Shown here: one piece after another, positions 39,626 to 47,954 of the stretch
How positions within the stretch are numbered: position 1 is the stretch's first letter
Layout of the letters: every line of letters starts with the position of its first letter
Source: a bacterium
GTDB taxonomy: Bacteria > Patescibacteriota > Minisyncoccia > Phycocordibacterales > UBA5272
Assembly: GCA_027482685.1 (NCBI GenBank)
Contig: JAIXVU010000009.1
Span: 14,866-78,865 of the forward strand
Length of the DNA: 64,000 bases
Direction: 5' to 3'
Position numbers and translations under genes: made by a program
The notes under the pieces: model-generated
Told to the model about the DNA's origin: nothing
Databases searched by the model: none
The model's input: only the letters and a program-made list of their open reading frames with translations

Positions 39626-39712
39626 CACCTACTTCGTTACAGAATGTTTTTGCTCCCGCAATGTAGGTCTACTACATCTTGGCCGCAAAAACATTCTGTG
39701 CCTCGTATCTGC
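39626..39712 (+). repeat. Copy R3 of the structured intergenic repeat family
   Basis: The arms CAGAATGTTTTTGC / GCAAAAACATTCTG surround the core AATGTAGGTCTACTACATCTT. Confidence 0.7.
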
Positions 39713-39772
39713 ATTACTACTGACAGCTAAAATAGACCCCTCAACTCACTAAGAAAATTTAATTAAACCATT

Positions 39773-39976
39773 ATGAAAAAACAAGACTACTTCAATCAAA
39801 ATAACATTAAGTTCATCGACTATAAGGATACAGAAATTCTCGTGAAGTTCATCAACCCACACGCTCGTATTCTTAATCGTCGAAAGACAGGCCTAACAGC
39901 AAAGAATCAGAGATTGCTAGCGAATGCTATTAAGAGGTCACGGTTTATGGGACTTCTTCCATACGTTGCTCATTAA
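39773..39976 (+). CDS. rpsR: 30S ribosomal protein S18
   Basis: [26 protein letters not shown] matches S18. Confidence 0.85.
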   Translation: MKKQDYFNQNNIKFIDYKDTEILVKFINPHARILNRRKTGLTAKNQRLLANAIKRSRFMGLLPYVAH

Positions 39977-39993
39977 ACAGACAAAATTAGTTC

Positions 39994-40076
39994 ATCTACT
40001 TTGTCGCTACGTTATTTTTCTCAGTCGCCGTACTAGTATGTACGTCTTCTTCTAAAAATCCCTATGCTCCTTGTAG
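39994..40076 (+). repeat. Copy R5 (diverged) of the structured intergenic repeat family
   Basis: TACTTTGTCGC...TATTTTTC...CTAAAAATCC follows the family architecture, but the core is degenerate. Confidence 0.5.
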
Positions 40077-40234
40077 CTAAACCAATTTTCTCTGTTTAAA
40101 GAGTTTAGCAAGTAATATATAAAGTAAAACACCACTTCGTAAGAAGTGGTGTTTTACTTTGGCAAAGTTATTATTTTTTGGTAGTATGTAAAGTATTAAA
40201 CCATTAACTATTAACCACTAACTACCAACTATTT

Positions 40235-40846
40235 ATGCACCCAAAGAAAGAAAGAACATTTGTTATTCTAAAGCCTGACGCAATTCAACGCGGTCTCGTT
40301 GGAGAGATTATTAAACGTTTTGAACGTATCGGTCTTAAGATAGTTGCTATGAAGATGCATATGGTAGATGAAAAGACTCTCTGGGCTCACTACAATAAAG
40401 ATGATGCATGGTATCTGAAGAAAGGTGAGAGAATTGCTGAGAATAAAAAATCTCTCGGTCACACGATTGATAAAGAACCAATTGAATACGGCAAAGATAT
40501 TATCCGTGCCATGGTGCACTATATGTGCGCAGGACCTGTTGTATCACTTGTGATAGAGGGTAACAATTCTCAAGCAGTAGTTAAGCGTCTTGTTGGCGGC
40601 ACAGAACCAGCTACAGCAGATAGCGGAACTATCCGTGGAGATTTTGCTATAGATTCATATATGCTCTGTGACACTGATGGTTCCCGTGGTATGCGTAATC
40701 TCATTCATTGTACTGACCCAGCAGATGGAGAGGGGGCATACGATAGAGAAGTTGCTCTGTGGTTCACAAAAGAAGAATTACATGACTATCGTCTAGTAAC
40801 TGAAGCTATGTTATATGATGTAAATTTGGACGGAATTCTTGAGTAA
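40235..40846 (+). CDS. ndk: Nucleoside diphosphate kinase (long form with an insertion)
   Basis: ERTFVILKPDAIQRGLVGEII and the active-site His region NLIHCTD are present. Confidence 0.75.
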   Translation: MHPKKERTFVILKPDAIQRGLVGEIIKRFERIGLKIVAMKMHMVDEKTLWAHYNKDDAWYLKKGERIAENKKSLGHTIDKEPIEYGKDIIRAMVHYMCAGPVVSLVIEGNNSQAVVKRLVGGTEPATADSGTIRGDFAIDSYMLCDTDGSRGMRNLIHCTDPADGEGAYDREVALWFTKEELHDYRLVTEAMLYDVNLDGILE

Positions 40847-41187
40847 TTTTTATCTTTACAACACTAAAACGACCCCAAAAGGGTTGTTTTTAGTGTGTAT
40901 TCCAACTATTAACTATTTATTACCAACTATTAACCAAACTTATCCACATAACCCACAGAAAAATCTCTTTACAGACTCTTGTGTAGTTATGTGAGAGGAA
41001 TATAATAACTAATAGGTGCTTTTAGAGTAATGAACTAGTGCTTCGAAGCCGTTCTGGGGCGTGAGATTATGATAGTCGTCTTGGCGCATATCTCTCTTAT
41101 ATCACAGAATTACAGTTCATCATCAAAGTACCTCCACTATAGAAAAATCCTGATGGGTGCCATCGGGATTTTTCTTTTGTAGGAAAC

Positions 41188-41757
41188 TTATTTATGTAAC
41201 AGTTCATTAATAATTCTCGCAAGAGAACTCTCTGGCATATACTTTATGTAAGCAAATACTCCGCCAGCACTAATTCCTAGTAGTAGAATGAGTGATATAA
41301 ATACCAGTACTCCAGCATGTGATTGAGGCGCTTCATCTACTATTGGCATAACAGATATTGGGGCTTGCATTGACGGAAGAGGTTGTTGCGGAGGTGGAGC
41401 AACTTCTGCAGTCTGCGGTATTACTTGAGCAAGGGGTTCGCTTACAGGATTAGTTGTTAACGGTGAAGGTGCCTCTTGGTGTATTTCTTGATGAGATGGT
41501 TGAGCGCTAAGTATCTCTGGTGACATCTCACGGCTTGCAGGATGAATAATTACGTTAGTCGCAAGAGGGTGAGCAGGTTCCACGATATGAGCAGCTTCAG
41601 GGTGTGGGTCTGCACCTAGGCGTTTGATTTCTTCATAGATACGATTAATCTCAACAAGAGGGATACCACCTTCAAGCATCTGCTCCTTCATTGTTGCATA
41701 CGTGCCTCCTTGTTCTTTGAAAAATTTTACCGTCTGCTGTACTAGTTCTTCATTCAT
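41188..41757 (-). CDS. Pro-rich hypothetical protein with a C-terminal TM anchor
   Basis: The 189-aa ORF has a terminator hairpin downstream at ~41150-41185. Confidence 0.4.
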   Translation of the reverse strand: MNEELVQQTVKFFKEQGGTYATMKEQMLEGGIPLVEINRIYEEIKRLGADPHPEAAHIVEPAHPLATNVIIHPASREMSPEILSAQPSHQEIHQEAPSPLTTNPVSEPLAQVIPQTAEVAPPPQQPLPSMQAPISVMPIVDEAPQSHAGVLVFISLILLLGISAGGVFAYIKYMPESSLARIINELLHK

Positions 41758-42056
41758 ATACTCTTGTTTGTTAGTATAACAATCTTTTTCTATTTTTGCT
41801 TAGATAACTAACAAAAATTGAGGACTTTACTTTTTATTTCGTATAGGAGTATAATCAAGTCTAGGGTGTTTAGGTATTTTTCTGGATAAAACATCTTTGG
41901 GTTATGGAATATTGGGAACTGCACCGAGGTGCTATCCGTTTCCTACCCACCTGAATTAAAACATCAGGAAGATGTCCTAACACCCTACTAGAGAAACTGT
42001 CCTAAGAGACGGTTTTTCTTTTTGCTCGTCTCTAAATATCTTGGGTCACGTATCGC

Positions 42057-42431
42057 ATGGTATACTTTGTAACGATGCGAGCAATTTTTTTCTCTTTTTT
42101 ATATCTCCTAGTTTTAGTATCTATATCAAAGTATATTTTTGACCCAGCCCATCTATACTATGTGTTATGGTGGTTAGATATCCCAATGCATTTTTTTGGT
42201 GGGATAGGCGTCGGTCTACTTACTTTTGCAACACTTAGATTTAGTAAGCAAAAGATAACATTTCATAAAGTCGTCATTATATATCTTGCTTTTGCGCTTA
42301 CGTGGGAATTATACGAATATGTAACTGATGTGATATATGGTACTGAGATAAATACGCTTATTGATTCTATAAAAGATATTTTAGTTGGATTAGTTGGCGC
42401 GGCTGGTGTTTATTATATACAAAGAAAATAA
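42057..42431 (+). CDS. Small membrane protein
   Basis: 124-aa ORF with three TM helices. Confidence 0.35.
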   Translation: MVYFVTMRAIFFSFLYLLVLVSISKYIFDPAHLYYVLWWLDIPMHFFGGIGVGLLTFATLRFSKQKITFHKVVIIYLAFALTWELYEYVTDVIYGTEINTLIDSIKDILVGLVGAAGVYYIQRK

Positions 42432-42432
42432 T

Positions 42433-43806
42433 ATGAGTACATTTAGAGTAACGTTTGCAGGTGGTGCGCAGATGCCAACAGGGTCTAACTTCTTGATTGA
42501 ATTTGGCGGTAAGAAGGTATTGATTGATTGTGGTCTCGTTCAAGGGGAGAAATGGTCGGTTCCAATTAACCGCGAGCCTTTTACATATGATCCAGCATCT
42601 ATTGATTACCTTTTTATCACACACGCTCATTTAGATCATGTTGGCAGAATACCTAGACTTGTACGTGATGGATTTAAAGGTGTGATAGTAAGTACCGAGC
42701 CAACACGAGACATGGCAGAGCTTATCATGCTTGATTCTATGGGGTTGCTCGGTAAAGAAGCATCTCAGCAAGGTCTTGAGCCATTATACGAAGAGAGAGA
42801 TGTCTTTCAAGCAATGCACCTATGGAATACAATTCTAACGTACCAAGAGCCATATATAGTAACAACTGATCAAGGAGAAGCCGTTATTACGTTTTATGAC
42901 GCAGGTCATATTTTAGGAAGTGCGATTATTGAGATTGCGTATAAAGGTAAGAAGATTGCTTTTACCGGAGATCTTGGCAACACTCCGTCTCCTCTTATGC
43001 GTGACACAGTAACGCCTAGCAATCTAGATTATATTGTTATGGAGAGTGTGTATGGAGATAGAAATCATAAAGATAAAGACAAACGTATCGAAATTGTAAA
43101 AGAGGTTATTACTTCAACTATTACGAAAGGTGGTACTGTTCTTATACCTGCTTTTTCTATTGAGCGTACTCAAGAAATGTTGCTTGCGTTTAACGAACTT
43201 GTTGAGAGTAAGCAAATACCAGAAATACCCGTATACCTTGATTCGCCACTTGGTATCAATATTACAAAGATCTATAAAAAACACGAGAAATGGCTCAATA
43301 ATGATGTTGGAAATGCTATTAAAAGCGGGGATGATGTCTTTGCGTTTAAGGGGCTTGTACAGACTCTTACCCCAGATGAGAGTAAAGCTATTAATAATGA
43401 TACAAGGCCAAAAGTTATTATCGCTGGAAGTGGAATGAGTAACGGTGGAAGAATATTACATCATGAAGCAAGATATCTCTCTGATCCACGAAGTGCGATT
43501 GTTATTGTCGGGTATCAAAGTGTCGGAACCCTCGGTAGAAAGATAGTTGACGAACCAAAAGATGTAATCATACACGGCCAAGTTGTACCGCTTCGTGCGC
43601 GAGTTGTTAACATTCACGGTTTTTCCGCACATAAAGATTCAGATCATTTAGTATCATTTCTTGAACCGACTGCAACAACGCTAAAAAAAGTTTTTGTAGT
43701 ACTTGGCGAACCTAAGAGCGCGTATTATCTTGGACAGAGAATACACGAGACCTATGGCTTACCTATTGCTGTTCCTGAAAAAGGGGATGTAGTAGAACTT
43801 GAGTAG
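42433..43806 (+). CDS. MBL-fold beta-CASP RNA-metabolising hydrolase (RNase J/CPSF-like)
   Basis: HAHLDHVGRIP is the HxHxDH metallo-beta-lactamase motif, and a beta-CASP region is present. The start is taken at MSTFRV. Confidence 0.65.
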   Translation: MSTFRVTFAGGAQMPTGSNFLIEFGGKKVLIDCGLVQGEKWSVPINREPFTYDPASIDYLFITHAHLDHVGRIPRLVRDGFKGVIVSTEPTRDMAELIMLDSMGLLGKEASQQGLEPLYEERDVFQAMHLWNTILTYQEPYIVTTDQGEAVITFYDAGHILGSAIIEIAYKGKKIAFTGDLGNTPSPLMRDTVTPSNLDYIVMESVYGDRNHKDKDKRIEIVKEVITSTITKGGTVLIPAFSIERTQEMLLAFNELVESKQIPEIPVYLDSPLGINITKIYKKHEKWLNNDVGNAIKSGDDVFAFKGLVQTLTPDESKAINNDTRPKVIIAGSGMSNGGRILHHEARYLSDPRSAIVIVGYQSVGTLGRKIVDEPKDVIIHGQVVPLRARVVNIHGFSAHKDSDHLVSFLEPTATTLKKVFVVLGEPKSAYYLGQRIHETYGLPIAVPEKGDVVELE

Positions 43807-43864
43807 TGATAATCTTCACCACTCTCTAGAAATTATAAGTTAAAACATGTACACTAGATAAAAT

Positions 43865-44440
43865 ATGAATTCCGATCGCGTAACTATAAGTGTTTCAGGG
43901 GCAGCAGAGATAGCACACTGTGGACCGTCTGTTATTTCCATTGCAAAAGAACTTGGTCGTGAGATTGCTCGCCAAGGTGCGCAGATTATTACGGGAGCAA
44001 CAAGTGGGTTCCCGCTCTATGCTGCAGAAGGTGCAAAAGAAGCAGGAGGTGTATCGTTTGGATTATCTCCTGCTGCGAGTAAGAAAGAACACCTAGAGGT
44101 GTATCGTCTTCCCGTAAAAGCAATGGACGCTATTATCTATACCGGGTTCGGATTTCCGGGGCGTGATCTCATGCTCGTGCGGTCATCAGATGCCATTGTT
44201 ATCGGGTGTGGGCGTATTGGCACTATACATGAGTTTACTGTTGCATGGGAGGCGAATATGCCACTTGGAATCCTTGAAGGTGAATGGGCAACAGATGAGG
44301 TGATACGTAATATAATTAAGAACAGTAACAGAGAGAACCCGTACGTTATTTTCGAAAAAGATCCGAAAGTTCTGGTGGAAAAATTAATAGAGATGGTACG
44401 GACACAAGCAGTTAACGGCGAACGCGAACTTCGTCTCTAA
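43865..44440 (+). CDS. LOG/TIGR00725-like Rossmann-fold nucleotide-binding protein
   Basis: IITGATSGFPLYAAEGA and GCGRIGTIHEF resemble the SLOG/LOG family. Confidence 0.45.
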   Translation: MNSDRVTISVSGAAEIAHCGPSVISIAKELGREIARQGAQIITGATSGFPLYAAEGAKEAGGVSFGLSPAASKKEHLEVYRLPVKAMDAIIYTGFGFPGRDLMLVRSSDAIVIGCGRIGTIHEFTVAWEANMPLGILEGEWATDEVIRNIIKNSNRENPYVIFEKDPKVLVEKLIEMVRTQAVNGERELRL

Positions 44441-44454
44441 CAAAATACTACCAC

Positions 44455-44540
44455 ATGTACTTTGTCGCAATAGGATTTTTGTAAGTCATCGTAGGTCTAC
44501 TACACCTCCTTATAAAAATCCTTAGGCTTCGCGTATCTAA
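44455..44540 (+). repeat. Copy R4 of the structured intergenic repeat family
   Basis: The arms AGGATTTTT / AAAAATCCT surround the core CGTAGGTCTACTACACCTCC. Confidence 0.65.
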
Positions 44541-44675
44541 GGCGGTATTTTCTTATAGATATTTTTCAAAATAAATATTAGCATAATTACTAAACAAAAA
44601 AGCGACACCGTAGGCGTCGCTTTTTTGTTTGATATAGTTAGCTAATTCCTATCACCTAACTATCTAGTCTCTAAT

Positions 44676-45023
44676 CTATGCTTTCACCTGAGTAACGATT
44701 CTTTCAAATGTCTCTGGGTTGTCCTGTGCAAGCTCAGAAAGCATTTTACGGTTAATAACCATTCCTTTCTTTGTGAGTTTATCAATAAACACACTGTAGG
44801 TGATACCAAGCGGACGAAGACCTGCGTTTAATCTAGTTGTCCAGAGGCGACGCATGTCAGTCTTCTTATCCTTACGATGAGCAAATGCATGAGCTCCTGC
44901 GTGACGGAGAGCTACTTTTGCCTCTACTTCCTTCTTACTGCGTCCGAAACGAAAGCCTTTAGCTTGTTTGAGGACATTTCGGCGGCGCTTCATCGCCATT
45001 ATACTTCGTTTTACTCGTGACAT
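44676..45023 (-). CDS. rplT: 50S ribosomal protein L20
   Basis: MSRVKRSIMAMKRRRNVLKQAKGFRFGRSK matches L20. Confidence 0.9.
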   Translation of the reverse strand: MSRVKRSIMAMKRRRNVLKQAKGFRFGRSKKEVEAKVALRHAGAHAFAHRKDKKTDMRRLWTTRLNAGLRPLGITYSVFIDKLTKKGMVINRKMLSELAQDNPETFERIVTQVKA

Positions 45024-45064
45024 AGTAGTGTAATTAAATAAATAAGATTTCTATAACTATCGGA

Positions 45065-45253
45065 CTAGAACATACCAGGGAGGAAACGAGACTTCTCTTT
45101 TCCTGTCATAACAAAGTCTTGCCCACGCTTACCAGCGAGCTGCTTACGACGCGGTGCCTTTGCGTTGAAGTGGTTAAGACCTGGCTTGCGACCGATAATC
45201 TTCCCGTTCTTTGTGACTTTGAGGCGCTTTAGGAATGACTTGTTAGTTTTCAT
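45065..45253 (-). CDS. rpmI: 50S ribosomal protein L35
   Basis: MKTNKSFLKRLKVTKNGKI matches L35. Confidence 0.85.
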   Translation of the reverse strand: MKTNKSFLKRLKVTKNGKIIGRKPGLNHFNAKAPRRKQLAGKRGQDFVMTGKEKSRFLPGMF

Positions 45254-45473
45254 AGATTTCTAATCCGTTATAGATAGTTCGGGTATTTTATCACAGTTTA
45301 GTTGGAATATCAAGCCTTGGGGACTTTTTATAGAAGGAGTTAATGTAAGGTAAATAACCATTAAAATTGTTCTAGATACGAGGCAGGGTGGGATTTTTAG
45401 ATGGAGATGTACAAGTAGTACATTGACTGATAAAAATTACACCCTAACAAAGTAGATCGAATAATTTTAATGG

Positions 45474-45986
45474 TTATTTTGCTTTCTCGAGTACAATCAT
45501 CATTGACTTCGGAATCTTCTTCAGTGGTTCTGCGATTTTGTATTGGGCGGGGATAACAGCTAAGATACGGTCCATACGTTCACGAAGGAACTTATCGTCC
45601 ATATACTTGGTACGGCCTTTTAGCTGTAGATCAATTTTTACACGATGTCCTTCATTTATCCATTCCGCCGTTTTCTTCGCTTTAATCATAATGTCATTCT
45701 CACTAATAGACACACTGATCTGTACAGTTTTGGTTTCTGTGACATGAGCTTTTGCTTTTACTTCTTTTAATTTCTTGGACGTTTCGTATGTATACTTCCC
45801 ATAATCTGCAATACGAGCAACAGGTGGTTCTGCATGAGGGGATACTTCTATGAGATCAAGGCCTACATTCTTTGCGGCAATAAGCGCTTCTTCTTTTGTG
45901 AGTACTCCCAAGTTATCTCCATTGTGTCCAATGACGCGGAGTTTAGGTGAACGAATGCTATTGTTGATGTTTACTTTTTCTGCCAA
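45474..45986 (-). CDS. infC: Translation initiation factor IF-3
   Basis: IRSPKLRVIGHNGDNLGVLTKEEALIAAKNVGLDLIEV matches IF-3, in infC-rpmI-rplT synteny. Confidence 0.85.
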   Translation of the reverse strand: MAEKVNINNSIRSPKLRVIGHNGDNLGVLTKEEALIAAKNVGLDLIEVSPHAEPPVARIADYGKYTYETSKKLKEVKAKAHVTETKTVQISVSISENDIMIKAKKTAEWINEGHRVKIDLQLKGRTKYMDDKFLRERMDRILAVIPAQYKIAEPLKKIPKSMMIVLEKAK

Positions 45987-46049
45987 GGTGTGTTTAGTTC
46001 CTTAAAGATATCATATTACAAAGGAAGTAGCAATGATTGCTTAGATAAC

Positions 46050-46862
46050 TTATCCTCGCTTAGGAGGGAGGGGGATGAAGACGCTTGTATGCTTCTTGTA
46101 CTCTTCCCATTCATGGTTGCCTTCCCATCGTCTCTCAAGCATTGGTACACCTGAAACGAAGAGTAGAAGTCCTGTGATGAGGAAAGGAGAAAGGAATACA
46201 TACAATGACATTGTCACGCTAAAAGCTACTAGAGATATTCCCACCCACATCATTGATTCGCCGAAGTAGTTTGGGTGACGTGTATACTTCCATAGACCTT
46301 TCTTCATAATAGTCTCACCATGAAGATGTTTACGAGATACCCATGTATCTAACTGCTTATCACCAACAACTTCAAAAAAGAATCCAAATATCCATACTAG
46401 TAATCCAAGGAGGAAGAACAATGCGAACCCATTTGCAAGCGCTGTATCCATCCCAAGACTTAAAGTAAATGGAAGTAGTATGATGCTCACAATAAAACCT
46501 TGTAACATGAATATTTGCAAGTATGAACGTACGAGAAAGTAGTTCTTTCCATACATCATCCAATCGCTTCTCCATGCTTTGTAACGAAAGTCTTCTCCTT
46601 TTGGCTTGTTTCTTTTATAGATTCTATATGAGAGTCGCACACCCCAGATAATGATAAGGAGCAGTAGTATCACGCTCACTGCTGGCAAGGATTGTGACTG
46701 CAGTACAATAACAGAGAGTGCTAGCGCAGTGAAGATAAATGCAGGACCGTATGCTACATCCATGATGCTGTTATCTTTTTTTTGTTGTGCTACGAAGAAA
46801 AAGAATGTCGAATAAATAAAAATAATAAAAAGTGAAGTGAGGTATAAGCTAAGTGCTGTCAT
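46050..46862 (-). CDS. ICMT / DUF1295-like polytopic membrane methyltransferase-family protein
   Basis: The RHPNYFGE motif is present. The start is taken at MTALSLY. The ORF-track N-terminal extension up to 46973 would run through the large hairpin and is unlikely to be translated. Confidence 0.5.
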   Translation of the reverse strand: MTALSLYLTSLFIIFIYSTFFFFVAQQKKDNSIMDVAYGPAFIFTALALSVIVLQSQSLPAVSVILLLLIIIWGVRLSYRIYKRNKPKGEDFRYKAWRSDWMMYGKNYFLVRSYLQIFMLQGFIVSIILLPFTLSLGMDTALANGFALFFLLGLLVWIFGFFFEVVGDKQLDTWVSRKHLHGETIMKKGLWKYTRHPNYFGESMMWVGISLVAFSVTMSLYVFLSPFLITGLLLFVSGVPMLERRWEGNHEWEEYKKHTSVFIPLPPKRG

Positions 46863-46920
46863 AAGTATATGATAGCAGGGAATGAATGAGGAGTGAGGTG
46901 GATAAGTGTAACGCTTTAGC

Positions 46921-46937
46921 TTCCGCCCACCTCCACA
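46921..46937 (+). repeat. 17-nt exact copy of the ssrA 3' terminus in inverted orientation (candidate distal att half-site of the ssrA island)
   Basis: TTCCGCCCACCTCCACA equals the last 17 nt of the minus-strand tmRNA gene at 56843-56859, but here it reads on the plus strand. Confidence 0.6.
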
Positions 46938-46981
46938 GAAATGACAAAACCACCCGATAGGTGGTTTTGTCATTTCTGTGG
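46933..46981. repeat. Perfect 22-bp inverted repeat with a 5-nt loop
   Basis: CCACAGAAATGACAAAACCACC-CGATA-GGTGGTTTTGTCATTTCTGTGG. Confidence 0.75.
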
Positions 46982-47231
46982 AGACTACTACACGATGTTA
47001 GAACCTCTTTAATTGAAACACGAGCAATACATTTTCTAAATGTTGTTGACGATTGGGATGTTGTAGAGGAAGTTACTGAACTAACTACAACATCAATTAG
47101 AACCAATGGTTACATCTCTAAACGTTAATGAAGTTAATAATGTTATAACTAAGAAACAGTAAGGTTAGTTATGAAGATTAAGCGCGTGTTGCTTTGTTGA
47201 CTAATACTTACTATACCGATAGAATCAGACT

Positions 47232-47915
47232 ATGTTAAAAAATAAAAACCCAAGTAGAACTAGCGTTATTCTCTCTGTTCTCATTATTATTGTACTCGGA
47301 TATGCCCTTAATATAATGTTTACGAATGGAAGTTTAAGTCCAACAGGAACATCTACACAAGTTACTAATGTTCCATATACCCCCATAACACTTTCTTTAA
47401 ATGATTGGCAAAATTTTTCTGCAAAGGCTAATCAGTTCAAAAGGGATGTAACATTTTTATACCCAAAAGAACTAACAACTTCTGGTGGTGATGGTGGAGA
47501 TTCATTTTTTACAATAACATTTGACGATAAAAATAAAAATTCTCCAGCATGGACTACACCGTTTACTGGCTCAAGTACTGTTATGACTTTACGAGGGGCA
47601 GTTCTTTTAATGCGTGTGTCGACAGCATACCCCAGAGTTCCTGAATCTAAATTGCTCTATGATTATTTATCTTTTTATCCATTTACAGAGATTTATAGCA
47701 AACCAATTATTTTAGATGGAAAGAACGGGGTGACAATTAAAAGAGAAGTTACTCTATCTACTGGAGAAAAAAGATTTGAGTATTGGGCAATTTTTAAAAA
47801 TGTGGATGGTTCTGCATATGAGTTTATGATGAGAGGTGATATTTACACAAATAGTGATGATGTATTCACTCAGTTACTTCAAACTCTTAAGTGGGGAGCA
47901 AAGCCTGTCGAATAA
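47232..47915 (+). CDS. Hypothetical membrane-anchored extracytoplasmic protein (island cargo)
   Basis: The 227-aa ORF has an N-terminal TM helix and a shared bidirectional terminator AAAAGAACCCCGAAGGGTTCTT at 47918-47940. Confidence 0.45.
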   Translation: MLKNKNPSRTSVILSVLIIIVLGYALNIMFTNGSLSPTGTSTQVTNVPYTPITLSLNDWQNFSAKANQFKRDVTFLYPKELTTSGGDGGDSFFTITFDDKNKNSPAWTTPFTGSSTVMTLRGAVLLMRVSTAYPRVPESKLLYDYLSFYPFTEIYSKPIILDGKNGVTIKREVTLSTGEKRFEYWAIFKNVDGSAYEFMMRGDIYTNSDDVFTQLLQTLKWGAKPVE

Positions 47916-47954
47916 AAAAGAACCCCGAAGGGTTCTTACTACTAAGTTTTAACT

